Shown here piece by piece: positions 12,101 through 24,659 of a DNA stretch of 64,000 nt (positions within the stretch are counted from its first letter, which is position 1; each line of letters starts with the position of its first letter). Source of the DNA: Anaeramoeba ignava BMAN (taxonomy: Eukaryota > Protista > Anaeramoebae); contig JAPDFW010000065.1 in the NCBI GenBank assembly GCA_028826165.1, positions 62,001-126,000 of the forward strand, given 5' to 3'. A model generated the notes under the pieces. That model did no database searches and had not been told where the DNA came from. It saw only the letters and a list, made by a program, of their open reading frames with translations. Both the position numbers and the translations under genes were made by a program.

Positions 12101-15100
12101 AACAGATAATATCTTAATTTCAATTTGTTATTCAGGATTTAATTCTGAAAATGGTGGATTTGCTTTTTTATCAATGGACATTTCACCAAACAATGAAAAA
12201 GAATTTAAAAAAGTAAATAAAAAAATAAACTTTAATATAATTATTGAAAAATAAAATAAACTTTAATATTTTTTACTGTTTAAAGAATTTGAATTTCTTT
12301 ACAGTAAATCAACAAAATAATTCTTTAGAAACAATTTGGACTTCTCCTGTAAAAGAATCAGCAAATATGTTAATTCCAAGTAATTAAATTCAATTTCAAA
12401 AATTAAAATTAAAATTAAAATTAAAATTAAAATTAAATCAAAATATTGATTATTATATATATTAATTAAACAAAAACAAAAGTTCCTTGTGAAGGTGTTA
12501 TTGTTTGTTGTGGAAATGATCTGGTTTATAAATCAAAAAATCGAGAAATTTCTTGCAAAATACCTTCTAGAATTAAAATACCATTTTCAATTTCAAAAGA
12601 AACAGATTTATTAAAAAAAAATAATGATAATAGTATGGAAGTCGAAAATACCAATCTTGGAAATATAATCAATCAAAATACAAATGAAAATCAATCCATG
12701 GTTATTGCACATTCCATATTGAATTATGGGAAGAATAAATGGTTTATTGTTATTCAAACAGATTCGGGAGATTTATTTCGTGTTGATTTTATTTGGAAAG
12801 ATCAAAAAATTGTGGATTTTTCAATCAAATATTTTGACACAGTGAACATTTCAAATGGAATTGTTGGAATTGATAACAAATATTTATTTGTAGCTTCTGA
12901 TTCCGGAAATCATATACTTTATGAACTTGATGAAAATTTTGTCGAAAACTTTAAAATTAATAAAGATGAAGAGAAAGAGAAAGAGAAAGAATATCAAATT
13001 CAAGATTTAAAAAATCTCAAGATTGCTGATGAAATTGTCAATATCGCACCTTTAATACAATGTAAATTTGAAGATTATACACAAGAAAACCCATCTCAAC
13101 TTTACTGTATTACAGGAAGAGGAAGCAATTCAGCAATCCGCTTTATTACTCATAAAATATCTGCTTCTTGTATTGAAGAGGTTACTCTTGAATCGAATCC
13201 AACAGGAATTTGGAGTTTTAAAACAAATTACAATTCAAAATATCATGATGTTGTTTTCATTTCTTTCGAGAAATTTTCAAGAGTTTTCACAATCGGTGAT
13301 TCTCTTCAAATTGATTCAGAAACACGATTCTTGACAGACACACCAACTATCTCAATTGGAATAATGGAAGACAATTCAATTTTGCAAATTACTCCTTCTG
13401 GTTATATTCATTATCTTGAGAATGGAGAAGAAGAGAAGTGGGCAACACCTTCAAAACAAATTGTTGAGAAATGCAGTCAAAACGAGTATGGAGCCGTTGT
13501 TTATTTAAGCGGAGGTTATTTGATATATTTTGGTTTAAAGGATAAAAAACTTACTATTGTTGATCGAGTTAATCTTTCTCAAGAAATTTCTTGTATTTCT
13601 TTGATGTCAGGAACAAAAAAAAAGGATTATAAAGAACTTCTTGTATTTTTTCATAACAAACTTAAAAAAATTAAATTAATATTAATATATTAATATATTA
13701 AATTTAAATTAATAAGGTCATTGGAAATATTGATAGTACAATACAAATTTTTTCATTAAATCCATTCCAAGAACTTGAAAAATTCAAATTATCAGCTGGT
13801 CCAGAAAGTGCTGTTTTAACAATGATGAAAATTTCACGAAATACACAACGCCAAAACATTAAAAAAGAAACATTTTTACATATAGGATTAAAAAACGGAT
13901 CAATTGTCCGATTTCTTGTGAATAAACAAACAGGGAAACTAACAGAAAAAAGAACCAAAGTTTTAGATGCAGAACATCCAGTCAAGGTATCTCGCGTCCA
14001 AATTGTCGGAAAAAATGCGATTCTTGCAATTTCACAAAGAACTTGGCTATGCTACAATTATCGCGAAAAATATTTTGAAGCGCCGTTAATGAAAACACAT
14101 ACAGATTATGGCGCGCCTTTTTCCTCAGAAAAATGCAATGAAGGATTTGTATTGACAACAGAAATGAAGCTCGGGATCATCAAACCCGAGAAATATGGGA
14201 ATGTATTCGATCAAACAGTGTATCCTCTTATGGATACACCACGAAAATTTCTTTTCCATCCAACAAACAAATATATTTTTGTTATTGAAAATGATCGTAA
14301 CACACTTCCTCAAAAAATGAGAGAAGAAATATTTGCAAAACAATTTCAAGAAGATGTTAATATCCTCAATTCGTATAAAATTGATATGCAAAACAACTCG
14401 AATATAGATAATTTACAAGAGCTTCAAATGACTGGCGACTTAAATACTTTGTCGCACAATAAAAACTATATCCAGCAACTAGAAGGCAAAATATCTCGGA
14501 TTAAACGTGCATATTTTAGGGAAACAAATCCAGGAAAAGATATGTGGAGCTCATCCATTAGTTTATTTGATACAACAACAGAATCGATTTCTGCAAAACA
14601 ACCCCTTGAAAACAACGAGGTTGCATTGAGTATTTGCTTGATTCATTCTGATATTGATGGCAGCACTTATCTTCTTGTTGGAACTGCAACTGATTTCGAA
14701 ACTACACCTCGCAGTTTTTCACAGGCTTTTATTCATATTTATCAATTTCATGAAGAGAATGAGAGTCTAGATGAAAATCCAAATGAAATTGAAATGGAAA
14801 ATACAAGTGAAAATTTTTTGAATGAAAGTTTGAATGAAAGTTTGAATGAAAATTTGAATGAAAATTTGAATGAAAATCTAAACGAAAATTTGAATCCAAA
14901 TCAAATTCACATTCAAAATCAAAATTTAAATTTAAATCTAAATTTAAATCCAATTCAAAATCATCAATTTTTCACATTTATCAACAAGATCCAAGTTGAA
15001 GATATTCCTTACGCAATGACTCCATTTGAAAAATTTGTTCTTATTGGAGTTGGAAGACTTTTACGAATCTACGAATTAGCAAACGGGAGCTTGATTCGAA

Positions 15101-15822
15101 GATGTGAGAATCGAAGCTTCCCGAATTTTATAACATCACTTTCAACAAGTTCCGATTTCATTTATATTGGAGACATTATTAAGGGGGTATATATTGCAAG
15201 ATACAATTACGATCGCAATTCGATTGACATATTTTCAACGGAAAACACACCGCGACATATCACAACAGTGTCTCCGTTGAGCATTGATACAATTATTGGC
15301 GGCGACCGTTTCGGGACTATTTTTGTATCAAGAATTCCCGGTGATTTGATCATTCAGAATCAAGAAGACGAGCAGCATCCACATTTATTCCAACCAAACG
15401 CATGGAAAGACCCAACAAACCAACTGGATATTATTGCTCAATTCAACACAAATGAGATGATTACTCAAATTGAAAAGACAAAATTCGGTCCCGAAAATAG
15501 TATTGTTTATGTGACAATTATGGGAACTTTTGGATCGTTAATTCCGTTTTTAAATTCTTCTGATTTCCAGCTTTTTTCTTCTCTCGAAATTCTCCTTAGA
15601 GATTATTTTCCCCTTTGTGGCAATGACCATCTTAGATTCCGTTCTTTTTATTATCCTGCTAAATCTGTTGTTGATGGTGATTTGTGCCAAATGTTTTCTC
15701 TTCTTGATACTAAAACCCAAGAATCTCTTGTTAATTCTATTAATCAATTCCTTAAAAATACTAGTTATAGTGTTTTTGATGTTTTGGAAAAATTGGATGT
15801 TTTACGTGTTAGAATTCTTTAA
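9162..15822 (+). CDS. SF3B3: Splicing factor 3B subunit 3 (SAP130/Rse1) homologue; exons 9162-9552, 12019-12212, 12286-12379, 12483-13642, 13717-15822
   Basis: N-terminus MNLYHLTIHPPTAITHCICGCF, IKYFDTV, QLYCITGRGSNSAIR, GGDRFG, and C-terminal PLCGNDHLRFRSFYYPAKSVVDGDLC. All four introns are GT-AG and frame-consistent. Confidence 0.92.
9560..12015. repeat. (AAATTCAAAATT)n-type simple repeat filling SF3B3 intron 1 (intron 9553-12018)
   Basis: About 2.4 kb of degenerate 12-mer repeat, essentially G-free on the + strand. Confidence 0.95.
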
Positions 15823-15930
15823 ACGCGACCAAATCAAAAACAAAAACGAATTTAAAATTCAAATTCAATTTAAAATTCAATTTAAAAATTCAATTAAAAA
15901 TTAAAAACAATTTATCCAAAAAAAAAACGT

Positions 15931-15985
15931 TTTTCATTTTTCATTTTTCATTTTTTTCATTTTTTTTCATTTTTTTTCATTTTAA
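15931..15985 (+). promoter_or_regulatory. Cluster of TTTTCATTTT initiator-like motifs upstream of the STX6 ATG (example of a window-wide motif)
   Basis: Five tandem copies here. The same motif lies on the sense strand shortly upstream of most start codons in the window. Confidence 0.55.
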
Positions 15986-16008
15986 AAACAAATTTTAACT
16001 TTTAAATT

Positions 16009-18979
16009 ATGAATGATCCTTATTTTTTAATTAAAGCGTAATTGATTAATCAAATTAAAACAAAACAAAACAAAACAAATTATTTAAACAAATTATTTAA
16101 TCAAAACAAAACAAAATATTTAATCAAAACAAAACAAAATAAATCAAAACAAAACAAAACAAAACAAAACAAAACAAAACAAAACAAAACAAAACAAAAC
16201 AAAACAAAATATTTAATCAAATTAAATTAAATTAAAATTAAATTCAAACAAAACAACAAACAAAACAAAATATTCAATTAAATTTAATTAAACACAAAAC
16301 AAAACAAAACATTTAATTAAATCAAATCAAATTATTTAATCAAATTAAATTAAATTAAATTAAATTAAACACAAAACAAAACAAAACAAAATATTTAATC
16401 AAATTAAATTAAAACAAAACAAAACAAAACAAAACAAAACAAAATAAATTAAAACAAAATATTTAATCAAAATAAATTAAAACAAAACAAATTAAAACAA
16501 AACAAAACAAATTATTTAATTAAATTAAATCAAAACAAAACAAAATATTTAATTAAATTAAATTAAAATTAAATTAAATTAAATTCAAATAGAGAAGCAG
16601 AACAACTTTATCCAAATATTGAAGCTTTATTTGATAGATGGCAACAATTAGTTAAAACATCAAATACAACAACAAATGATGAATTTGAATGGACTTCAAA
16701 TGAATTAAATAAATCAATTAGAAGTTATGAATGGTATTTACAAGAATTAGAAGATACAATTAAAATAATATCAACTAATCCAGAAAAATATAAAATTAAC
16801 GATACAGAATTAGAAACAAGAAAAGGTGTATGAACTCAAAATGTCTTAATTTATCTTTTTAATTAGATTTATATTTATATTTATATTTATATTTATATTT
16901 ATATTTATATTTATATTTATATTTATATTTATATTTATATTTATATTTATATTTATATTTATATTTATATTTATATTTATAATTATATTTATAATTATAT
17001 TTATATTTATATTTATATTTATATTTATATTTATATTTATATTTATATTTATATTTATATTTATATTTATATTTATATTTATATTTATATTTATATTTAT
17101 ATTTATATTTATATTTATATTTATATTTATATTTTTATATTTTATATTTATTTTTTTATTTTATATTTTATATTTATATTTATATTTTTATTTTATTTAT
17201 ATTTAGTTTATTTATATTTATATTTTATATTTATATTTATTTTTATATTTTATATATTTTTATTTTTTTTTTTTTTTATTTTATTTTTATTTTATATTTT
17301 ATATTTATATTTATATTTATATTTATTTTTATATTTATATTTATATTTATATTTATATTTATATTTATATTTATATTTATATTTATATTTATATTTTATA
17401 TTTATATTTATATTTATGAATTATATTTATATTTATATTTATATTTATATTTATATTTATATTTATATTTATATTTATATTTATATTTATATTTATATTT
17501 ATATTTATATTTATATTTATATTTATATTTATATTTATATTTATATTTATATTTATATTTATATTTATATTTATATTTATATTTATATTTATATTTATAT
17601 TTATATTTATATTTATATTTATATTTAGATTTATATTTATATTTATATTTATATTTATATTTATATTTATATTTATATTTATATTTATATTTATATTTAT
17701 ATTTATATTTATATTTATATTGATATTTATTTATTTAAATTAATTTAATATCTTCTTAAAATTTAATTTATATAATAGTTTGTATCTTCAGGAAAAGAAA
17801 AAATTCAACAAATTACTGATAATATGCAATCTAATATTTTTCAAGATAAAATTAAAAAAGATCGTGAAGAAGTTCGTTTTATTCTTTTTAAAAAATTTTC
17901 CTTCCTTTTTTAAAGCAATCCTTTATTTTTAAAATTTTTCTATTTTAGAGTTTAATTCCAACAAAAAATTCAATCAAACAATCTAAATATAGTAAATTAG
18001 AAGAAGCATTAGAACAAGAAAATGAAGATTTTATTGAAAATCAACATCAAGAACAACAAGTTAATTTTTAAAATTAATATTAATATCAAAATTAAAATTA
18101 AAATTAAAATTAAAATTAAAATCAAAATTAATATTAAAATTAAAATTAAAATTAAAATTAAAATTGATATTAAAATTAAAATTAAAATTAAAATTAAAAT
18201 TAAAATTAAAATTAAAATTAAAATTAAAATTAATATTAAAATCAAAATTAAAATTAAAATTAAAATTAAAATTAAAATTAAAATTAAAATTAAAATTAAT
18301 ATTAAAATTAAAATTAATATTAATATTAAAATTAAAATTAATATTAAAATTAATATAAAAATTAAAATTAAAATTAAAATTAAAATTAAAATTAAAATTA
18401 AAATCAAAATTAAAATTAAAATTAAAATTAAAATTAAAATTAAAATTAAAATTAAAATTAAAATTAAAATTAAAATCAAAATTAATATTAAAATTAATAT
18501 TAATATTTAAAATTAAAATTAAAATTAAAATTAAAATTAAAATTAATATTAAAATTAAAATTAAAATTAAAATTAAAATTAAAATTAAAATTAAAATTAA
18601 AATCAATTAAAATTAAAAACTAAAAAGAAAATTATGAAAGAACAAGATGGAAAATTAGATAGTTTATCAGGAACTGTTAGAAGAATTGGAGAAATTGGTG
18701 TAACAATTAATGATGAACTTGATGACCAAATGAAAATTATTGATGAATTTGAAACTGAAGTTGATCAAACTGATAGTAAAATTAAAAGTGCAATTAAAAA
18801 AATTGAAGTTTTATTAAAACAAAAAGGTAAAAAAATTCCAAAAAAAAAAGTGGATTTTTTATTTAAAATATAAAAAATTTTTTTAATTTAAAATAAAATT
18901 AAAAGATTCTGGAAAGATGTGTGTGATTTGCTGCTTAATGATTGTTTTAATCATTTTGATAGTTTTTATTTTCAAATGA
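16009..18979 (+). CDS. STX6: Syntaxin-6/Tlg1-family Qc-SNARE; exons 16009-16037, 16593-16827, 17779-17871, 17949-18059, 18628-18826, 18906-18979
   Basis: Spliced product has MNDPYF...EFEWTSNELNKSIRSYEWYLQELEDTI (Syntaxin-6_N), the SNARE motif EQDGKLDSLSGTVRRIGEIGVTINDELDDQ, and a C-terminal TM (CVICCLMIVLIILIVFIF). Confidence 0.88.
16050..16590. repeat. (AAAAC)n/(AAATT)n simple repeat in STX6 intron 1
   Basis: Directly visible pentamer runs. Confidence 0.9.
16870..17730. repeat. (TATATT)n microsatellite in STX6 intron 2
   Basis: Long near-perfect hexamer run; produces the artefactual IYIY ORF. Confidence 0.95.
18062..18620. repeat. (AAAATT)n microsatellite in STX6 intron 4
   Basis: Hexamer run; produces artefactual IKIK/ILIL ORFs. 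Confidence 0.95.
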
Positions 18980-19223
18980 AGTTAAATTTCTTTTTAAATT
19001 CCTTTTTAAATTTCTTTTTCTTTTTTAAATTTCTTTTGATTCAAATACAAAATAAAAATTAATTAAATAAAAAATAAAAAAGAACAACAAAGAAAAAAAT
19101 TTTTTTTTATTTTTTATCCCTTTTTGCTTTCCTCGTTTCAATTATTTTCATTTTTTCAATCGTTTCAATTTAAATTTTCATTTTTTTTTTTCCTTCAAAT
19201 TTTTTAAAAATAAATAAAATTTG

Positions 19224-20642
19224 ATGAAAATTAAGAACATTTTAATAATTCAAATAACAATAATTTTGCTTCTAAAACAAACAGAAAGTTACAGTTGGCT
19301 CCAAAAACAAAGAATAACAAGCAATCCAATTCAAAACGGAAATAGATTTGGATTTGTAGTAAGTACTTACAACAACGAAGCAATAATAAGCGCACCAAGA
19401 AATAACGATTCAAGAGGAGCAGTATTTTTGTATACAAAAGATGCAGGAAACAATTGGAACCAAACAGGGATCATAACGAACGACATTTATCCTGAAGAAA
19501 TTGGAAGAAGTCTTTGCATGTCTGAAGATTGGATCTTTTTGGGGGCACCTTATTCAGATGATTATGTTGGAGTGGTATATGTTTATCAAAACGTTAGCGG
19601 AATTTGGACACCTTTCCAAAACTTGTCTGAACAAGATGGTGAATATGGAGATCAATTTGGATACTCTGTTGCTGTTGGTGGGAATTATCTTGCTGTCGGC
19701 GCAAAGGAAGATGATCAGGCTGCAGGATTAGCTTATATTTTTACTTTTACCGGTACAAAGTGGAACATGTCAAAAAAACTTATTCCACCTGATTATGCCC
19801 CCGGTAATTATTTTGGAGTTGCTGTTGCTGCTAGTCAGAACGGTTGGGTCTTTATCGCCTCAAATTGCACTGATAGTTGCAAAGGAGCTGTTTATGCTTA
19901 TAAAGAAGTTGATGGTGATTGGAATTATACCCAGAAAATAACCGCAAGTGATGCTCAATCTAATGATTTGTTTGGATCTTCTCTTGCTGTTGATGGAGAT
20001 AATTTACTTATTGGTGCTTATGGAAGATCTTCTAAAACAGGAATTGTTTTCCATTATGTTCTTCAGGATGATTTGTGGATTCAATCCCAGAAAATTGTTG
20101 CTGATGATGCTGCTGTTGGTGATAGATTCGGTAAGGCTGTCTCAATCCAAGGCGCTCTTGCTTTTATTGGTGCTTATGGTTACAATAATTCTGCTGGTGC
20201 TGCTTATTATTTTGTTTTGGAAAATGGAACTTGGAATCAACAGCAAATTTTGACAGCTAGTAATCCAACACCAAATGTTTATTTCGGTTATTCTTCTTCC
20301 ATATTTGCTCCTTGGGTTTTTGTTGGTGCTTTTGCTGGTGATCAAGTTTATAGTTTCTATTATAATGGTCCTATTCCTCCTTCACCTTCTCCTTATCCTT
20401 CTCCTTCACCTTCACCTTCACCTTCTCCTTCTTCTTCTCCTTCTCCTTCTCCTTCTCCTACTACAAATTCTGTTAAATCTTCTAATTTAACCGTTATTCT
20501 TGTTTCTGTTTTTATTCCTCTTGGTGTTATTGGTCTTGTTCTTTTTGCTATTTTAGCTAAAAGAAGACAAAAGAAAAAATTGGCAAAAATTCGACAAGAA
20601 ATTTTTCAAGAAAATTCTGCCAATCCATTAGGAGATAATTAA
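19224..20642 (+). CDS. Type I membrane protein: signal peptide, ~7 FG-GAP repeats (beta-propeller), Pro/Ser stalk, TM helix, basic cytoplasmic tail
   Basis: Repeated FG..VA....(I/V)GA motifs (FGYSVAVGGNYLAVGA, FGSSLAVDGDNLLIGAYG, FGKAVSIQGALAFIGAYG), (PS)n linker, and TM VILVSVFIPLGVIGLVLFAIL followed by AKRRQKKK. Confidence 0.88.
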   Translation: MKIKNILIIQITIILLLKQTESYSWLQKQRITSNPIQNGNRFGFVVSTYNNEAIISAPRNNDSRGAVFLYTKDAGNNWNQTGIITNDIYPEEIGRSLCMSEDWIFLGAPYSDDYVGVVYVYQNVSGIWTPFQNLSEQDGEYGDQFGYSVAVGGNYLAVGAKEDDQAAGLAYIFTFTGTKWNMSKKLIPPDYAPGNYFGVAVAASQNGWVFIASNCTDSCKGAVYAYKEVDGDWNYTQKITASDAQSNDLFGSSLAVDGDNLLIGAYGRSSKTGIVFHYVLQDDLWIQSQKIVADDAAVGDRFGKAVSIQGALAFIGAYGYNNSAGAAYYFVLENGTWNQQQILTASNPTPNVYFGYSSSIFAPWVFVGAFAGDQVYSFYYNGPIPPSPSPYPSPSPSPSPSPSSSPSPSPSPTTNSVKSSNLTVILVSVFIPLGVIGLVLFAILAKRRQKKKLAKIRQEIFQENSANPLGDN

Positions 20643-20919
20643 AAAAACTCAAAGAAAGTCTATGCTTTTTGATGTTCCCTTTTTTTTTTTTTCTTTTTCT
20701 TCTTCTTCTTCTTCTATAGTATTTGAAACTTTTGGTTTAAAGAGAAGAATAAAATCTCAATTCAAATTCAAAATCAATTTTAAATTCAAATTCAATTTTA
20801 AAATCAATTTTAAATTCAAATTCAATTTTAAATTCAAAATCAATTTTGATTTTTTCATTTTAATTCTCATCTTTATTAAGAAGGAAAAAATGAAAAGAAA
20901 CAAAAAAAATCAATAATAC

Positions 20920-23900
20920 TTAATCAATATAAATGTTCTGAAGAAAAGTAGAACTAAATTTATCAATATCACGTGAAATTTCCATTAAACCATACTTATT
21001 TTTTTGTGGAAAAACAAGAAAATAAATTCGAGAAGCTGAACGCTTTCCAAAAACCCAAAAATCTTTTTCAAGCATTTCAACAATTTCAACAGGAGTATCA
21101 CTTTCATCATAAACATCAGATTCAATCAACATCAAATCTTCATCAGTATCATTAAGTGGAATAAATAGATCACCAAAAAGTTCTATCATTTCAAATTTTT
21201 TGTCTTGTTTATGAATTTTTTTACGAATGGAAAATTCATTATAAATAGTTGCAATTTTTTGAGCAACTTTTTTGCCAACCATTGGATTTTTTGGATCTTT
21301 ATTTGAATACATCATTGCAAGATTCATTTGATTAAAATAGACAAAATCACAATTCTGTTCCATTTGAGTTTTTAAACCGACACTTTTGCTAATAGTATCG
21401 GAAATCAAAGTGAGTTCTTCTTTCATGAATTTTTGGAGACGTGAATAAAATGGAACACGCATTGAATTTGCATGTGGTTCACATAAAAACACCATATATA
21501 TTGAATTTGCTTTGTAGATGATAAGATAATATTCTTTTGTGTTATTTTCGCCAATAAAAATGGAAGGAAGATAAACAACAACAAGATTTTCATTGATTTT
21601 CTTTGGTCCAGTAAGAAATTGATAATCAGAGTCTTTGTTTTTCAGTGATTCTGTGATTTCATTGATAATTTGTGTGAAATTAGTTTCAATTCTAACAATA
21701 ATTTTTGATTTTTGATTTTGATTATTTTGATTTTGATTTTGAATTTGATTTTGATTTAAATTTTCATTTTGATTTTGATTTTGATTTAAATTTTCATTTT
21801 GATTTTGATTATTTTGATTTTGATTATTTTGATTTTCATTTTGATTTTGATTATTTTGAGATAATTCAGATTCCAAAATATAATTTTCATCCTCTTCAAG
21901 TTGTGTTTTATCTATATTGCTTTGTGTTTGTTCTATTTCTTGTAAATCCTTTAAAGAATTTGATAATTTTTGGTTTTCTGAAGTTTTTTCTTCTATTTTT
22001 TCTTCGTTTGAAGGAAATCCTGAGATTTCTGAATTGATTTTTTTGAGATCCATTGAAATTATTTTTGGATATAAAAGATTATATAAAGCTCTTGTTGTTG
22101 TTAAATCTAAAGAACTCCATACTAGAAATTTTTCTTTTAGGAAAATTGAGTGTTTAATTTGTGGGAATGTGCTTTCAATTTGGTTAATAAAGCATTTTAT
22201 TCGAAGGTATAAGTTTTTGTCGACAGAGAAATAATGAATTCCTAGAAGAGATTATTTTAAATTTCATTTTGAATTTGAATTTGAATTTGATTTTGAATTT
22301 ATTTTTGAATTTAAATTTGATTTTGATTTTTAATTTTATTTTTGATTTTGATTTTAAATTTGATTTTGATTTTCAATTTATTTTTGATTTTGATTTTGAT
22401 TTTGATTTTGATTTTGATTTTTATTTTGATTTTTATTTTTAAATTTGAATTTGAATTTATTTTTGATTTTAATTTTGATTTTGAATTTATTTTTGATTTT
22501 GATTTTGATTTTGATTTTGATTTTGATTTTGAATTTATTTTTAATTTTAATTTTGATTTTGATTTTATTTTTGATTTTGATTTTGATTTTAATTTTGAAT
22601 TTCAATTTGATTTTGATTTTGATTTTGATTTTGAATTTGATTTTGATTTTGATTTTGAATTTTGATTTTAATTTTATTTTTGATTTTGATTTTGATTTTA
22701 TTTTTGATTTTATTTTGATTTTCATTTTCATTTTCATTTTCATTTTGATTTTAAATTTGAATTTGATTTTAAATTTTAATTTTGATTTTAATTTTGATTT
22801 TGATTTTGATTTTGATTTTGATTTTGAATTTGAATTTAAATTTGATTTTGATTTTGAATTTGATTTTGAATTTATTTTTGAATTTGAATTTAAATTTGAT
22901 TTTGATTTTGATTATTTTGATTTTGATTTTGATTTTAAATTTAATTTTGAATTTGAATTTGAATTTGATTTGATTTTAATTTTGAATTTATTTTGAATTG
23001 ATTTTGATTTTAAATTTGATTTTGATTTTGAATTTGATTTTGATTTTGAATTTGAATTTGAATTTATTTTTAAATTTCATTTTGATTTTGATTTTGATTT
23101 TGATTTTCATTTTGAATTATTTTTAAATTTGATTTTAATTTGAATTTGAATTTGATTTTGAATTTATTTTTGAATTTGAATTTAAATTTGATTTTGATTT
23201 TGATTATTTTGATTTTGATTTTGATTTTAAATTTGAATTTGAATTTATTTTTGATTTTGATTTTGATTTTGATTTTGATTTTGATTTTGATTTTGATTTT
23301 GATTTTGATTTTGATTTTGAATTTTGAATTTATTTTTAATTTTGATTTTGAATTTGATTTTGAATTTGATTTTGATTTTGATTTTGATTTTGATTTTGAT
23401 TTTTGAATTTAATTTTGATTTTAAATTTAAATTGATTTTCATTTTGATTTTGAATTTGATTTTGAATTTCATTTTGAATTTGATTTTGAATTTCATTTTG
23501 ATTTTGAATTTCATTTTGATTTTGATTTTTGAATTTAATTTTGAATTTATTTTTAAATTTGATTTTAATTTTGATTTTAAATTTAAATTGATTTTGATTT
23601 TGATTTTGAATTTTAATTTTGATTTTAAATTTGATTTTGAATTTATTTTTGATTTGTAAGTTTACCATCAAAAATAGTTAATAAAGAGTCACCTCCATCT
23701 AAAGAACCAAAATCAACAAGACTAAAATAAAAGGAAAAAAAAATCTTAATTTTTTGTTTTAAAACTTCAATTCCAAATTTTTCTAAATTTGAAGCAAAAC
23801 TTCCATTTAAAAGACAAAAATTTCGATATCCATTTCTTAAAATTTGGAGAAGAAGTTTGTCTTCAAGAAATTCAGAATCATATTCAATTTCTTTTTTATC

Positions 23901-24438
23901 TCCATGAATAACAGCTTTAAAAGGATTATTAACAGTCTAAATAAATTAAAAAGAAAAAAAAAATTTTTTTAAATTGAATTTTTTAAATTGATTTTTTTAA
24001 TTTGAATTTTTTAAATTTGATTCAAATCTTTTTTTTATAAAAAAATTACAAGAACAACAAAGAAATTTTTTTCAGTTTCTAAAAAAACAATTCTTTGTTT
24101 TAATAAATGAAGCGAATTACAACCATTTGAAGAAAATGTTCTTTTTTTTTTAAATTGAATTTTTTTAAAAATAAAAAATAGAAATCAATATAAAAAAATA
24201 GGCTTCTTTCTCAATATCTTTTCCTGTTATAAAAAATAACATGAAAGAATCAGAAAAATCAAAACCTTGAAAAGGCTAGAATTCCTTCAATCAACCCACT
24301 ATGGGACATCTGCTTGCTAATCGGGATATTATGTGGGGTAAAATATATCACTTTCTCGTATTCTGTTTCTTCAGAATGAGAAAGTGTTGGATTAAAAATA
24401 AAAAAAGAACCAAAACTTGATGAACTTTTGGAAGACAT
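20920..24438 (-). CDS. CCZ1: Vacuolar fusion protein CCZ1 (Mon1-Ccz1 Rab7 GEF subunit), 4 exons
   Basis: Spliced reading gives FFIFNPTLSHSEETEYEKVIYFYP...GLIEGILAFSRTFS...SLHLLKQRIVFLETEKNFFVVL...GYRNFCLLNGSF...GIHYFSVDKNLYLRIKCFINQIE...LVWSSL...VYFNQMNLA, all matching Ccz1 longin motifs. Last intron is 23665-22242. Confidence 0.88.
22255..23655. repeat. (TTTTGA/TTTGAA)n simple repeat in the CCZ1 intron
   Basis: About 1.4 kb degenerate hexamer repeat between the GT and AG of the minus-strand intron. Confidence 0.92.
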
Positions 24439-24659
24439 TTTATGTTAAATTGAAAATGATGAAAAATGAAAATTATGAGCAAAAGAAAATGAAGATAAAA
24501 AAATGAAAAAATGAAAAAATGAAAATAAAATTTTTATTTTTAAAAAAAGCAAAAAAAAATTTTTTTTGTTTATCTTTTGGAATTGATTATTTCCGATAAT
24601 CTAATCGGAAATATTAAATCTTCTATATCTTTAGAGATGATTTATATGATAGAAATTAG

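Noticed and set aside
9746-23671. ORFs of ILIL/IKIK/IYIY/FDFDF/LNLIL type (also 55990-56199, 59186-60426)
   Set aside because: They are translations of intronic microsatellites lying between GT and AG of genes identified by homology; stop-free only because of repeat composition.
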